Shown in pieces: positions 19,272 through 29,916 of a DNA stretch of 64,000 bases. The stretch's first letter is position 1. Every line of letters begins with the position of its first letter. The notes under the pieces were generated by a model. It was given only the letters and a program-made list of their open reading frames with translations, did not search any database and was not told the origin of the DNA. The stretch lies in NCBI GenBank assembly GCA_050253415.1, contig JBFWJC010000002.1, positions 128,001-192,000 of the forward strand. Reading direction: 5' to 3'. The translations under genes were made by a program, and so were the position numbers. The DNA comes from Pedobacter sp. Lineage in GTDB: Bacteria > Desulfobacterota > Desulfuromonadia > Desulfuromonadales > Syntrophotaleaceae.

Positions 19272-22200
19272 ATGAACGCAGCCGGTTCTGAAAGTTTTCC
19301 GACCACCTTCGAGGAGCGCGATGCGTGCGCAATCATCGGATTTTTTAAAAAGCACGGCCAACCGACCCATGGAAATCTGCAACGGACCATCGAGGCCCTC
19401 ATAAAAATGGGTCATCGCGCCGGTGGTGTCGGCGGCGAGGGCGACGGTTGCGGGGTGTTGACCGATATCCCCAGGCTGTTGTGGCGAGAGGTGTTGGCGC
19501 AGGCCGATTATGCACAGGACCTGGCCGAGGCGCCCGAATTTGCCGTCGGCCACCTGATGCTGCCGCGCAACCTGCCGGCGGCGGAGCTGACGGCTCTGCA
19601 AACCAGGATCCTCGACCTGTTTACGGCACGCGGTTGCCGGGTGCTGATGCACCGTCCCGCCCCGGTGCGCAGCGAGATCCTGTCGGCCAGTGCCCGCGCC
19701 ACCGAGCCGCTGGTCTGGCAGTTGGCGCTGACGGTTCCCGATGCCGAAACCGGGCCGGCGCTGTTGTATGGCCTGCATGTCGCCCTCGAAGGCGAACTGC
19801 AGGTGCAGGTCGCGTCGCTGTCCCAGCGAACCGCCGCTTATAAGGTACATGGCGCTCCGGAGATGCTGGCGCGTTACTATCCCGATCTGAAGCGGCGTGA
19901 CTTTCTGTCTGCGGTGACCATCGGCCACAGCCGTTTTTCCACCAATACTCTGCCCACGGTGTTGCGGGCCCAACCGTTCAGCCTGCTGGGGCATAACGGT
20001 GAAATCAATACCATCGAACGCCTGCGGGAGGAAGCACGCCTGCTCGGCATCGCCCTGCCGGCCGGCGGCAGTGATTCCCAGGATCTCAACCGGCTCCTCG
20101 AAGGGCTCATGCATGGATATGGTTTGACCCTGTTCGAAGCGATGGAAATGGTTTTTCCGCCCATTTTCAGCGAGATGCCCCAGCTGTCGGAGGCGCAGCG
20201 TCAGTTGTTCGGGTTTTTCCGGCGGTTTTTCCCCGCCAGTGCCCAGGGGCCGGCCGCCGTCATCGCCCGAAGTGGCGAACAGGTGGTCTGCAGTGTGGAT
20301 GCCATGGGGCTGCGGCCGCTGTGGTTCGGTGAAACGGAACGGGAATATTTTGTGTCCTCTGAAGTCGGGGTGGTGCCCATGGAGGAAATCCTTTCCGACC
20401 CCAAACCGTTGGCGCCGGGAGAAAAAGTCGGCATGCGCATCCCCCTGCTCCAGGCGGTGGATGTATTAAACAATCAGCAGGTGCGCGATGAGGTGCTGCG
20501 CAGCTTCCAGCGACGCACCGCGTTGTCCTCCCAGGCGCGCATGGTGACGCCTGCCCGCAGTCTGAATGATCGTCGCCCCGCAGCAGCTTCGGTGTTTACC
20601 CGCAGTCGTCATCTGATGCGCGACAACCTGCTGTCGGCCTGCGCCTGGAAAAACAGCGATCTGCGCAGCCTCAAGGAGATGGCTTCCGCCGGCCGCGATC
20701 CGATTGCCTCGCTCGGCTATGATGGTCCGCTGGCTGCGCTGGCGGTCACCCGTCAGAATCTGGCCGATTATCTCAAGGAACAGGTGGCGGTGGTCACCAA
20801 CCCGGCCATCGATCGTGAACGCGAGGCGGAACATTTTAGCACCAGGGTGTTTATGGGGGGCTGTCCGACGCTGAAAGGCCGCCGGCGCAAGGCGGTGGAG
20901 CTTGCGGTTCCGTTGCTGCTCGGGGGCCGCCGCCTGGGACCGGAGAATCAGGACGATGAGGTTGCGGCGGATCACGGCACCACCAGCCTGGAACGTCTGC
21001 TCGGGCATTTCGGTGGCGGGCGGCATCGATTCCGTCGGCTGTCTTGTACCCTGCGGAGCCAGGAAACTGTGTCGGAAGCTCTGGAACGGCTCGGTAATGA
21101 GGCGGCCTCGGCTGTCGCGCAAGGTGCGGTATTGCTGTTGCTCGATGACAGTCAAGGCTTCAGCCCAGGGCATGGTTTTCTCGATCCGTTGCTGGTGGTA
21201 GCCTGGTTGCAGAGCCATCTTATCGACCAGTTGGATGAGCATGGCGAGTGCCTGCGCCGCAGTTGTTCACTGGTGCTGCGTTCAGGAGCCTTGCGCAACC
21301 TGCACGATCTGATCTGTGCCCTGGGTATGGGCGCCGACGCCGTTTGTCCCTATCTCATGTGGGAATTGGCCGACGAACATCTGGGCGGCCTGGCGCGGCT
21401 GGTCGATGTGCTGGGCAAAGGGCTGGAAAAAGTCATGTCGACCATGGGTATCCACGAGATCGGTGGCTACGGGCGGCATTTTGCGGCCATCGGGCTGGCA
21501 CCGGAAGTTGCCGATCTGCTGGGCATCCCCAATTACTGCGGCTCCGCTCAAGGCGGTCTGACCCTGGAGCGGATTGGCGTCGATGGTTGGGAGCGCGGTA
21601 ACGTCGCCCGCAGCCGGCGGCAACAGCCGGTGGCGGAACAGTTCCGGCTTTATCCGCGGATCTGGAAGACCGTCGCGGCGGTGGCCAAGATGGAGGAAAA
21701 TTACGACGAACTGTCGCGCTTGATCCGACGTTTCAAGGATGAACATCCCCTGGCGATCCGCCATCTGCTCGATTTTTCCATCCCCAGTGAGCTGACCGTC
21801 GATCCCCGTGAAGTCGACGCTTCGGTCGGCAGTCACGACCTGCCCATCATCATTTCAGCCATGAGTTTCGGCTCTCAGGGGGAGACGGCCTTTCGCATCT
21901 ACGCCGAAGCTGCCCAGCGGCTTAATATCGTCTGTATGAATGGCGAAGGGGGCGAGATCCCCGACATGCTGGGCAAGTACCGACGCAATCGCGGTCAACA
22001 GCTGGCTTCCGGTCGTTTCGGCGTGCACATGGACCTGCTCAATTCCGCCGATATTCTCGAGATCAAGGTCGGGCAGGGTGCCAAGCCGGGAGAAGGGGGG
22101 CATCTGCCCGGCTTCAAGGTGACCGATAAAATTGCGGAGGCCCGCAACGCAGCGCCGGGGGTGACGCTTATCTCGCCATCCAACAATCATGATATTTATT

Positions 22201-23813
22201 CCATCGAGGATCTGGCCCAGATTATCGAGGAACTGCGTACCGCCAATCCGCGCGCCCGCATCTCCATCAAGGTGCCGGCCGTGGCCGGAATCGGCACCAT
22301 CGCCATGGGCATCGCCAAGGCAGGGGCCGATATTATTACCATCAGCGGCTACGACGGCGGAACCGGCGCGGCTCGCCGGCATGCCATCAAGTTTGTCGGC
22401 ATGCCCGCCGAAATCGGGGTACGGGAGGCCCACCGCGCCCTGGCCGAGTCGGGATTGCGGCACAAGGTTGAAATCTGGGCCGACGGCGGCATGCACAGTG
22501 GTCGCGACGTGGTAAAGATGATTCTGCTGGGGGCCAACCGGGTCGGTTTCGGAACCTTGCCGATGGTGGTCATCGGCTGCACCGCCTGTCGCAGTTGTCA
22601 TCTCGGGACGTGCCATGTCGGCATCGCCACCCAGATCGAAACCGTTGAAGAGGCCCACGCCAAAGGGCTCAAGCGGTTTGTGCCGCGGGTGCTGGAAAAC
22701 GGCATCATATACGAAACAACCTTCTTCCGGGCGTTGGGCGAGGAAATCCGCAATCTGACCGCCCGCCTCGGCTTCCGGCGCACCCAGGACATGGTGGGCA
22801 AGGCCGATTTGCTGGTGCAGAAGCGCAGTCACGATCAACTCGATCTGAGCGGCCTGCTGGCGCCTGTGCCACTCGCGAAAATGCCGCGTTCGGCCGCCGA
22901 TGTACGCATCATCCGCAAACCTCTCAATTACCTCACCTCGCTGATTTCCAGCCTGGTGACCGAATCCTTCGACGGTCCGGAAAGTCGTATCCGCTACGAG
23001 GACCACAGCGCTTCCAGCAGTGACCGGGCCATAGGCACCTACCTGGCCGGGACCATGACCCGCGACCGGGCCGAGGGGCGGCCGGGGGAGGATAAACAGG
23101 TGCTGTTGCATTTCCGGCGCAATGCCATCCCCGGTAACGGACTGGCGGCGTTCAATATCCCGCGTATCAACCTGCGCATCGAAGGCAGCGCACAGGACGG
23201 CGTCGGCAAGGGGGCCCGAGGCGGCAAGATCGTGGTCCTCAAGGGGGAAAATCGCCATGGCCAAAGGGTCGGCGGCGCGGTTGGCAAAGGATTGGCATAC
23301 GGTGCCCAGGGTGGGCTGTTCCTGATCCAGGGGGATGCCGACAGCCGTGCGTGCGTGCGCCTGTCGGGCGCCGAGGTGGTCATCGGCGGCCGCCTGCGCG
23401 GGCCTCTCGACGATGCCTCCGGCAACCTGGCAGGGCAGGCCAATATCAAGGGCTTTGCCTTTGAATACATGACAGCCGGTCACGCCGTGGTGCTGGGCGA
23501 TCCGGGTCCCTGGCTGTGTTCCGGCATGACCGGCGGCAGTATCTATTGTCACCTGGATGAAAGCTTGGGGATGAACCGCGAAGCGCTCAAGCGGCGGTTG
23601 GCCAAAGGCGCACAGGTCGATCTGTACGATCTGGATGCGGACGATATCGAGGTCCTGCGCCGGTTGCTGAGCGCTTATCATCGCGAGTTGCTCTATTCCC
23701 ACCAGGACGAAGAGGCCGCCTGGGTGGCCCTTGCCAAGGAGGAGTGTCGTTCACGGTTTGTGCGCATATCGCCGGTCGGTATGGTGGTCGCAGTGCCGGT
23801 GTCGACGGAATAA
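19272..23813 (+). CDS. gltB: Glutamate synthase large subunit-like protein
   Basis: ERDAC (N-terminal nucleophile Cys), HSRFSTNT, GHNGEINT, EIKVGQGAKPGEGGHLPG, CRSCHLGTC Fe-S motif, FEYMTAG. Confidence 0.93.
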   Translation: MNAAGSESFPTTFEERDACAIIGFFKKHGQPTHGNLQRTIEALIKMGHRAGGVGGEGDGCGVLTDIPRLLWREVLAQADYAQDLAEAPEFAVGHLMLPRNLPAAELTALQTRILDLFTARGCRVLMHRPAPVRSEILSASARATEPLVWQLALTVPDAETGPALLYGLHVALEGELQVQVASLSQRTAAYKVHGAPEMLARYYPDLKRRDFLSAVTIGHSRFSTNTLPTVLRAQPFSLLGHNGEINTIERLREEARLLGIALPAGGSDSQDLNRLLEGLMHGYGLTLFEAMEMVFPPIFSEMPQLSEAQRQLFGFFRRFFPASAQGPAAVIARSGEQVVCSVDAMGLRPLWFGETEREYFVSSEVGVVPMEEILSDPKPLAPGEKVGMRIPLLQAVDVLNNQQVRDEVLRSFQRRTALSSQARMVTPARSLNDRRPAAASVFTRSRHLMRDNLLSACAWKNSDLRSLKEMASAGRDPIASLGYDGPLAALAVTRQNLADYLKEQVAVVTNPAIDREREAEHFSTRVFMGGCPTLKGRRRKAVELAVPLLLGGRRLGPENQDDEVAADHGTTSLERLLGHFGGGRHRFRRLSCTLRSQETVSEALERLGNEAASAVAQGAVLLLLDDSQGFSPGHGFLDPLLVVAWLQSHLIDQLDEHGECLRRSCSLVLRSGALRNLHDLICALGMGADAVCPYLMWELADEHLGGLARLVDVLGKGLEKVMSTMGIHEIGGYGRHFAAIGLAPEVADLLGIPNYCGSAQGGLTLERIGVDGWERGNVARSRRQQPVAEQFRLYPRIWKTVAAVAKMEENYDELSRLIRRFKDEHPLAIRHLLDFSIPSELTVDPREVDASVGSHDLPIIISAMSFGSQGETAFRIYAEAAQRLNIVCMNGEGGEIPDMLGKYRRNRGQQLASGRFGVHMDLLNSADILEIKVGQGAKPGEGGHLPGFKVTDKIAEARNAAPGVTLISPSNNHDIYSIEDLAQIIEELRTANPRARISIKVPAVAGIGTIAMGIAKAGADIITISGYDGGTGAARRHAIKFVGMPAEIGVREAHRALAESGLRHKVEIWADGGMHSGRDVVKMILLGANRVGFGTLPMVVIGCTACRSCHLGTCHVGIATQIETVEEAHAKGLKRFVPRVLENGIIYETTFFRALGEEIRNLTARLGFRRTQDMVGKADLLVQKRSHDQLDLSGLLAPVPLAKMPRSAADVRIIRKPLNYLTSLISSLVTESFDGPESRIRYEDHSASSSDRAIGTYLAGTMTRDRAEGRPGEDKQVLLHFRRNAIPGNGLAAFNIPRINLRIEGSAQDGVGKGARGGKIVVLKGENRHGQRVGGAVGKGLAYGAQGGLFLIQGDADSRACVRLSGAEVVIGGRLRGPLDDASGNLAGQANIKGFAFEYMTAGHAVVLGDPGPWLCSGMTGGSIYCHLDESLGMNREALKRRLAKGAQVDLYDLDADDIEVLRRLLSAYHRELLYSHQDEEAAWVALAKEECRSRFVRISPVGMVVAVPVSTE

Positions 23814-23821
23814 GGTTAAAA

Positions 23822-23983
23822 CAGTGACTGGTAATTAGTGACTGGTGACTGGTGAATGGTGAATGGTGAATGGTGAATGGTGAATGGTGAATGGTGAATG
23901 GTGAATGGTGAATGGTGAATGGTGAATGGTGAATGGTTCGGTTTTTGCTAATTACTAATCACTAATCACCTGTCACCCATCAC
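23822..23983. repeat. Heptamer tandem array (TGGTGAA)x12 with degenerate flanks and an inverted heptamer block
   Basis: 12 perfect units at 23850-23933; CTAATTACTAATCACTAATCACCTGTCACCCATCAC follows in the opposite orientation. Confidence 0.95.
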
Positions 23984-24024
23984 CGCCTTTATGCTTTTGC
24001 AGTAACGGATGGAGGAATGGTCCT

Positions 24025-25026
24025 ATGCCCGTACGCGAAGATATCCACGATCAGATTATCCTTGGTTCCGGACCGGCCGGTTATACGGCCGCCATCTATA
24101 CCGCGCGCAGCAATTGCTGTCCGCTGCTGATTTCCGGCCTGGAGCCGGGCGGCCAGCTGACCGGAACCACCCTGGTGGAGAACTTCCCCGGTTTTCCCGA
24201 TGGGGTTGATGGGCCGGAATTGATGGAAGCGATGCGCAAGCAGGCTGAAAGGTTCGGTACGGTCTTCGCTTCCGGTGAAGTGAGCCGTGTCGATCTGTCC
24301 GAGCACCCCTATAAAATCTGGGTGGGGGATGAACTGTACCGTTGCCGTTCCCTGATCGTCTGTACCGGTGCTTCGCCGCGCATGCTCGGGCTGCCCAACG
24401 AAAAGGCACTGTACGGGCGTGGCGTATCGGTTTGCGCCACCTGCGACGGGTTTTTCTACCGGGGCAAGGAGGTGGTGGTGGTCGGCGGTGGCGATACCGC
24501 TTTGGAGGATGCGCTGTTTCTGGCCCGCTTTGCCACCAAGGTCACGGTGGTGCATCGGCGCAATGCCCTGCGGGCGAGCCCGCCGTTGCAGCAGCGGGCC
24601 AAGGAACATGCCAAGATCTCCTTCGTCTGGGACACGGTGGTTACGGCCATCCTTGGGGACCAGGATAAAGGGGTACATGGTGTGACCCTGCAGCACCTGC
24701 CGACCGGTAAAGAAGAGGATTACGCTTGCGACGGGATTTTCATCGCCATCGGACATGTGCCCAATACCGCCTTGTTCAAAGGGCAGCTTGATCTGGACGA
24801 CTGGGGCTATATCCTGACCCGCAACGGTACCGAAACCAACCTCCCCGGCGTATTTGCCGCCGGTGACGTGCAGGATCCCTTTTTCCGCCAGGCTATCAGC
24901 GCCGCCGGCACCGGTTGCATGGCCGCCATGCAGTCGCAGCGTTTTCTGGAATGCCTTGAAGACGCCGATTGCAAGAAGTGTCAGGCGCTGCAAAAGCGCC
25001 ACCTGGCTGACGAGGAGCCGAGCTGA
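24025..25026 (+). CDS. trxB: Thioredoxin-disulfide reductase
   Basis: GSGPAGYTAAIY, GVSVCATCDG, VVGGGDTA, FAAGDV. Confidence 0.95.
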   Translation: MPVREDIHDQIILGSGPAGYTAAIYTARSNCCPLLISGLEPGGQLTGTTLVENFPGFPDGVDGPELMEAMRKQAERFGTVFASGEVSRVDLSEHPYKIWVGDELYRCRSLIVCTGASPRMLGLPNEKALYGRGVSVCATCDGFFYRGKEVVVVGGGDTALEDALFLARFATKVTVVHRRNALRASPPLQQRAKEHAKISFVWDTVVTAILGDQDKGVHGVTLQHLPTGKEEDYACDGIFIAIGHVPNTALFKGQLDLDDWGYILTRNGTETNLPGVFAAGDVQDPFFRQAISAAGTGCMAAMQSQRFLECLEDADCKKCQALQKRHLADEEPS

Positions 25027-25156
25027 ATCCATGCTGGACTTTCGTGGCGGGGAGATTTAAGCTCGGCTAGTCACTAGTCACTAGTGACTAGTCACGGGGT
25101 AAAAAATTGTGGGTGCAATGCGTAACTAAATATCATTTTATTCGGGAGGGAAGCAC

Positions 25157-25522
25157 ATGGATATCACCAAAACCATCGCCCAGTTGAAGCAGGAACCGGG
25201 TTTCGCTGAAAATGTCGGCATGTTGCTGGTGCACAACGGAGTGGTACGCGGCTGGTCGCGGGGCGATGGCAAGACGGTGTCGGCCGTAACGGTCAAAGTG
25301 GATCACGCCAGGGTAGAGGCATTGCGGCAGGAATATGAAAAGAAACCGGGCATCTTCCGGGTGCTCATCGAGGCATGTGAAGGTACCCTGAAGCCCGGTG
25401 ATGATCTGTTATTCATCGTTGTGGCCGGGGCCTTGCGCGAGGATGTCAAACCGGTGCTGGCTGAAGTTCTCGATCGGGTCAAAGACGAAGCCGTGAGCAA
25501 GTCGGAAGCCAAAGTCGACTAG
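25157..25522 (+). CDS. moaE: Molybdopterin synthase catalytic subunit MoaE-like
   Basis: HNGVVRG, G.LKPGDDLLFIVVAG..R; GGGAGG RBS. Confidence 0.8.
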   Translation: MDITKTIAQLKQEPGFAENVGMLLVHNGVVRGWSRGDGKTVSAVTVKVDHARVEALRQEYEKKPGIFRVLIEACEGTLKPGDDLLFIVVAGALREDVKPVLAEVLDRVKDEAVSKSEAKVD

Positions 25523-25604
25523 ACCTTTAAGTGCTGTGATGCAGCCACAGCGGCTCAACTGGCGCTGTTTGAATAGCTCACGCAAAGTATTTAAAATCAA
25601 TTAT

Positions 25605-25725
25605 AACCATTATCACGCTCGTTCGCTTTGCTCACTTAAGCCGCAAAGACCGCAAAGGAGGCCAAGCCGGTTTTCTTAGTGTCTTTGCGGCTTGAACGAC
25701 TGAAAGGAGTGAGCGTGAGATGGTT
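25605..25725. repeat. Multicopy palindromic intergenic element, copy 2
   Basis: Homologous to 12222-12340; between convergent moaE and sucB. Confidence 0.75.
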
Positions 25726-25842
25726 TTTATTGGGTGCGGCTATCCCGTGGTTTCAAGGTATTTGAAGTTGCAGCGGAGAAAAAGTATCTATCCCAGCAGC
25801 CGTTGTCAGGTATAAATTTTCTTCGGTTACTGCCTGCCGCCC

Positions 25843-27009
25843 CTACTCCAGCAATAATTCCTCCGGTTCTTCCACCAATTCCACCACCCGTTTTAAGAAG
25901 CTGACCGCTTCGTGTCCATCGATCAACCGGTGGTCGTAGCTCAACGCCAGGTACATCATCGGCCGGGCGACGATCTGATCCTCGCGTACCACCGCGCGTT
26001 GTTGGATGGCGTGCATGCCGAGGATAGCGCTTTGCGGCGGGTTTAACAGCGGGGTGCTGAGCAGGGAGCCGTATACCCCGCCGTTGCTGATGGAGAAGGT
26101 GCCACCCTGCAGGTCAGACAACGCCAGGCGATGCTTGCGGGCTTTGTCGGCCAGTTCGGCGATCCGTTTTTCTATATCGGCAAAGTGCAGCCGGTCGGCG
26201 TCCCGCAGCGGCGGAACCACCAGGCCCTGCTCGGTGGCCACGGCGATGCCGATATCGTAGAAATCCTGGTAGACGATAGCGTCTTCTTCCATCCGGGCGT
26301 TGATGATGGGGAATTCGCGTAAGGCCTCTACGCACGCTTTAACGAAGAACGACATCAGTCCCAGCTTGATCCCATGCCTCTCTAAAAACCGCTCCCCATG
26401 ATGAGTGCGTAATTCCATAACCCGAGACAGGTCCGCTTCGTTGAAGCTGGTGGCCATGGCGGTTTGCTGGCGAGCCTCAAGCAGTCGTCTGGCTATGGTC
26501 TGACGCAGGGGGGAAAGCGGTTCGCGCCTGCTCAGACGCTCTTCTGAGGCCTGTTGGGCATGGGTGTTCTCCGCGGGGGGGAACGGTGCGCCGGGCTGGG
26601 GCGGCGCACTATCGGCCGGCTGCGTCTCTTTGCGAGGGGGTGCTGTCGGCTTGGTATCCGATCCTTCGTCTTCAGGAGCCGGGGGCGCGGTCTGCATTTC
26701 GACCGGCTTGGTTTTGCCGGGTTCAGAAGTCTTTTGTGCAGGGACCTCCTCTGCGGGCGCGACTTCCTGCACATTGTCGGCGGTTTCCTCCAGGTTGGCG
26801 ATGATCGTTCCGACCGGTACGGTTTCGCCTTCCTCGATGAGGATGCTGATAGTTCCGTCTTTTTCAGCGAATAACTCCAGAGTGATCTTGTCCGTTTCCA
26901 GTTCGCATAAAAGATCGTCCTTGCTAACCGGTGCGCCGTTCTGGCAGTGCCATTTGGCCAGTTTGGCTTCGATGATCGATTCGCCGATTTCGGGGATACG
27001 GATTTCCAT
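25843..27009 (-). CDS. sucB: 2-oxoglutarate dehydrogenase E2 (dihydrolipoamide succinyltransferase)
   Basis: Lipoyl ETDK motif, [18 protein letters not shown]; start at MEIRIPE. Confidence 0.92.
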   Translation of the reverse strand: MEIRIPEIGESIIEAKLAKWHCQNGAPVSKDDLLCELETDKITLELFAEKDGTISILIEEGETVPVGTIIANLEETADNVQEVAPAEEVPAQKTSEPGKTKPVEMQTAPPAPEDEGSDTKPTAPPRKETQPADSAPPQPGAPFPPAENTHAQQASEERLSRREPLSPLRQTIARRLLEARQQTAMATSFNEADLSRVMELRTHHGERFLERHGIKLGLMSFFVKACVEALREFPIINARMEEDAIVYQDFYDIGIAVATEQGLVVPPLRDADRLHFADIEKRIAELADKARKHRLALSDLQGGTFSISNGGVYGSLLSTPLLNPPQSAILGMHAIQQRAVVREDQIVARPMMYLALSYDHRLIDGHEAVSFLKRVVELVEEPEELLLE

Positions 27010-27031
27010 ACAGTTTTCCTCGCGTAGGTGT

Positions 27032-29752
27032 TCAGGCCGTCGTTTCGGATGCCGGTGTGGTTGCCAGGGCTGATTCGATAATGTGCTGCTGTTCCAGCTT
27101 GAATTGACGGTGGGAGCCGCCGGCCGGGGCTGATGCCTCCGGACGTCCACAATAATCCGGCCGTCGGTCCAGAATTCTGGCCAGGTGGGGTGCGATAAAA
27201 GACCAGGCGCCCATGTTGCGCGGTTCTTCCTGGACCCACACCAAACGGCGTGCCCCGGCAAGGGGCTGCATAATCTCTGTCAGCAGGTCCTCGCGCAACG
27301 GATAAAGTTGCTCGATACGGATGATCGCTACGTCGTCACGCTGCTGCTTTTGTCTCTCAGCCTGCAGTTCATGGTAGATCTTGCCGCTGCACAGCAGCAC
27401 GGTGTCGACCTGTCCCGAGGTTTGCGGGTCGGCTATGATTTCGTAAAAATGGCCACTGCTCAAGGCCTCCAGGGGGCTGCGGCAACTGGGGTGGCGCAGC
27501 AGGCTTTTCGGGGTGAAAATGACCAGGGGCTTACGGAAAGGCAACTTCAGTTGGCGGCGCAACAGGTGGAAATACTGGCCCGGGGTGGTCGGTTGCGCCA
27601 CCAGCAGGTTGTTGTCGGCACAGCTTTGTAAAAACCGCTCGATGCGGGCGCTCGAGTGCTCCGGACCCTGGCCTTCGTAGCCATGCGGTAACAGCATGAC
27701 CAGACCACTGACCCGGTTCCATTTGCGCTGGCCGCTGGTAATGAACTGGTCGATAATGACCTGCGCACCATTGGCAAAATCCCCGAATTGCGCTTCCCAC
27801 AGAGTCAGACCTTCGGGCCGCTCCAGCGAGTAGCCGTATTCAAATCCAAGGATGGCGGCTTCCGACAGGCTGCTGTCGTAGGCGTAGAAGTCGGCAGGCT
27901 GGTTGGCCAGGGCCTCCATCGGCACATAGCTTTCGCCGGTATGAATATCAATCTGCGTCAGGTGCCGCTGACTAAAGGTGCCGCGACGGCAATCCTGTCC
28001 GGTCAAACGCACGCTGTGTCCCTGATCGATCAGGCTGCCAAACGCCAGGGCTTCGGCGGTGGCCCAGTCCAGTTCGCCGTCATCTTCCAGCACCGAAGCC
28101 TTGCGTTTGTCGAGCAGTTTGCGGATACGTGGATCGGGAACAAAATGATCCGGCAGCCATGCCAGTTTTTCAGCCAACGCCTGCAGCTTTTCCCGGGATA
28201 CAGCCGTGTCGGGGGCGGTGGGTGAATAGTCGCGCTCGATGTTTTCCCATTTGCCGTGAAACCCCCGGTCCACCGGGTGTTGCCGGCGTTGCAGGGCGGC
28301 TTCCAGTTCTTCCTGCAGTTGCTCGGCCTGTTGCTGCATACGACTTTTATCCAGCCCCTCTTCCAGCAATTGGTCGCGGTAGATTTCATGCACCGGCGGG
28401 CGCTGCTTGATGGCCTCGTACATGAGCGGCTGGGTGAAATAGGGTTCATCTCCTTCGTTGTGACCATGCCTGCGGTAGCAGATGATTTCCAGCAGTACGT
28501 CGCGGCCGAACCGATGCCGATACTCGAGCGCCAATTCCACAGCATGAATGGCCGCTTCCGGATTCTCGCCATGCACATGGAAAATCGGCACCATGAGCAT
28601 TTTGGCAACGTCCGTGGCGTATCGGGTTGAACGGGCGTCGGCCGGTACTGTGGTAAAGCCGATCTGGTTGTTGAGCACGATATGCAGGGTTCCACCGGTG
28701 CTGAACCCTTCCAGCTGCGACAGGTTGAGGGTCTCGGGCACCATCCCCTGGCCGGAAAAAGCCGCGTCGCCATGGATCAGTATCGGTAACACGCGTTTGG
28801 TCCCGTCGTTGCCGAAGGTATCCTGGCGTGCCCGGGATTTACCCTCCACCACCGGGTTGACCGCTTCCAGGTGACTGGGGTTGGAGGCCATGGTCAGATG
28901 CACGATGCGGTCGTCAGGCAGGGTCAGGTCCGCGGAAAAGCCCTTGTGGTACTTGACGTCCCCCTCGCCGACAAAGCTGAACTCGGCGTTGTCGGCGAAC
29001 TCTGCGAAGATATTTTCCAGCGGTTTGGCAAAAATATTCGCCAGTACATTGAGGCGTCCCCGGTGCGGCATGCCGAGCAGCACATCCCGCGCACCCAATG
29101 CGGCCGCCCGGCGCACGGATCTTTCCAGGACCGGAATCAGTACCTCGCCGCCTTCCAGGGAAAAACGCTTCTGCCCGGGGAATTGGCGATGCAGAAAACG
29201 CTCGAACAGGGCGGCCTGTTGCAATTTACGCAGGATACTGTAGCGCTCCTCGCTTGACAGGTCAGGCCGGTTGTTGCCGCGTTCCAGTCGCTCCTGCAGC
29301 CATAGCCGTTCCGTCGGTTCGACGATGTGCATGTATTCGACGCCCGTGGCGTGACAGTAGGTTTCTTTAAGAGTAGCGAGGATGTCCCTGAGGGTTGCGG
29401 TGCCCTTATCGAATCCCTTCGCGTGAAAAGAGCGGTCCAGGTCGTCGTTGTCGAGGTCGAAGGTGGAAAGGGATAGCAGCGGATGATCGGTTTTGCAGGG
29501 GGATAGCGGGTCGGTGCAGGCCAGCAGATGACCAAGTTCGCGGTAACGGTTGATGAGGGCATCGACCGCAGACTGTTTGAAGCTGACTTCAGGCGTCAGG
29601 CATGCCAGGGGGGGCATCGGGGCCGATTGCCGCCCGGTGTCGAAACCGTCGAAAAAAGCTTGCCAGTCGGCAGGCAGTTGTTCGGGGTTTTCCTGCCACT
29701 GGCGGTACAGGGCTTCGATCCAGGTCGGACTGAGGTTGGCGATAAACGGCAT
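27032..29752 (-). CDS. sucA: 2-oxoglutarate dehydrogenase E1
   Basis: [45 protein letters not shown]. Confidence 0.95.
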   Translation of the reverse strand: MPFIANLSPTWIEALYRQWQENPEQLPADWQAFFDGFDTGRQSAPMPPLACLTPEVSFKQSAVDALINRYRELGHLLACTDPLSPCKTDHPLLSLSTFDLDNDDLDRSFHAKGFDKGTATLRDILATLKETYCHATGVEYMHIVEPTERLWLQERLERGNNRPDLSSEERYSILRKLQQAALFERFLHRQFPGQKRFSLEGGEVLIPVLERSVRRAAALGARDVLLGMPHRGRLNVLANIFAKPLENIFAEFADNAEFSFVGEGDVKYHKGFSADLTLPDDRIVHLTMASNPSHLEAVNPVVEGKSRARQDTFGNDGTKRVLPILIHGDAAFSGQGMVPETLNLSQLEGFSTGGTLHIVLNNQIGFTTVPADARSTRYATDVAKMLMVPIFHVHGENPEAAIHAVELALEYRHRFGRDVLLEIICYRRHGHNEGDEPYFTQPLMYEAIKQRPPVHEIYRDQLLEEGLDKSRMQQQAEQLQEELEAALQRRQHPVDRGFHGKWENIERDYSPTAPDTAVSREKLQALAEKLAWLPDHFVPDPRIRKLLDKRKASVLEDDGELDWATAEALAFGSLIDQGHSVRLTGQDCRRGTFSQRHLTQIDIHTGESYVPMEALANQPADFYAYDSSLSEAAILGFEYGYSLERPEGLTLWEAQFGDFANGAQVIIDQFITSGQRKWNRVSGLVMLLPHGYEGQGPEHSSARIERFLQSCADNNLLVAQPTTPGQYFHLLRRQLKLPFRKPLVIFTPKSLLRHPSCRSPLEALSSGHFYEIIADPQTSGQVDTVLLCSGKIYHELQAERQKQQRDDVAIIRIEQLYPLREDLLTEIMQPLAGARRLVWVQEEPRNMGAWSFIAPHLARILDRRPDYCGRPEASAPAGGSHRQFKLEQQHIIESALATTPASETTA

Positions 29753-29875
29753 ACTATCCCTCCTGTTATCACACCGAACCATCATGCCGCATCGTGGGCA
29801 GGGGCCGACATGTTGTCGATAACCCCGTCATTATAACAACCTGGGAATATTGAGCAATGTTTTCTCGACCAGGTC

Positions 29876-29910
29876 TTATCGGCGGCTCTCCCGAAGAGAG
29901 CCGCCGATAA
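29876..29910 (-). terminator. Hairpin downstream of carbonic anhydrase
   Basis: TTATCGGCGGCTCTC-ccgaa-GAGAGCCGCCGATAA, 15-bp stem. Confidence 0.65.
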
Positions 29911-29916
29911 CTGGAA

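Noticed and set aside
23850..23933. Tandem repeat as CRISPR or coding repeat
   Set aside because: 7-bp units without spacers, intergenic
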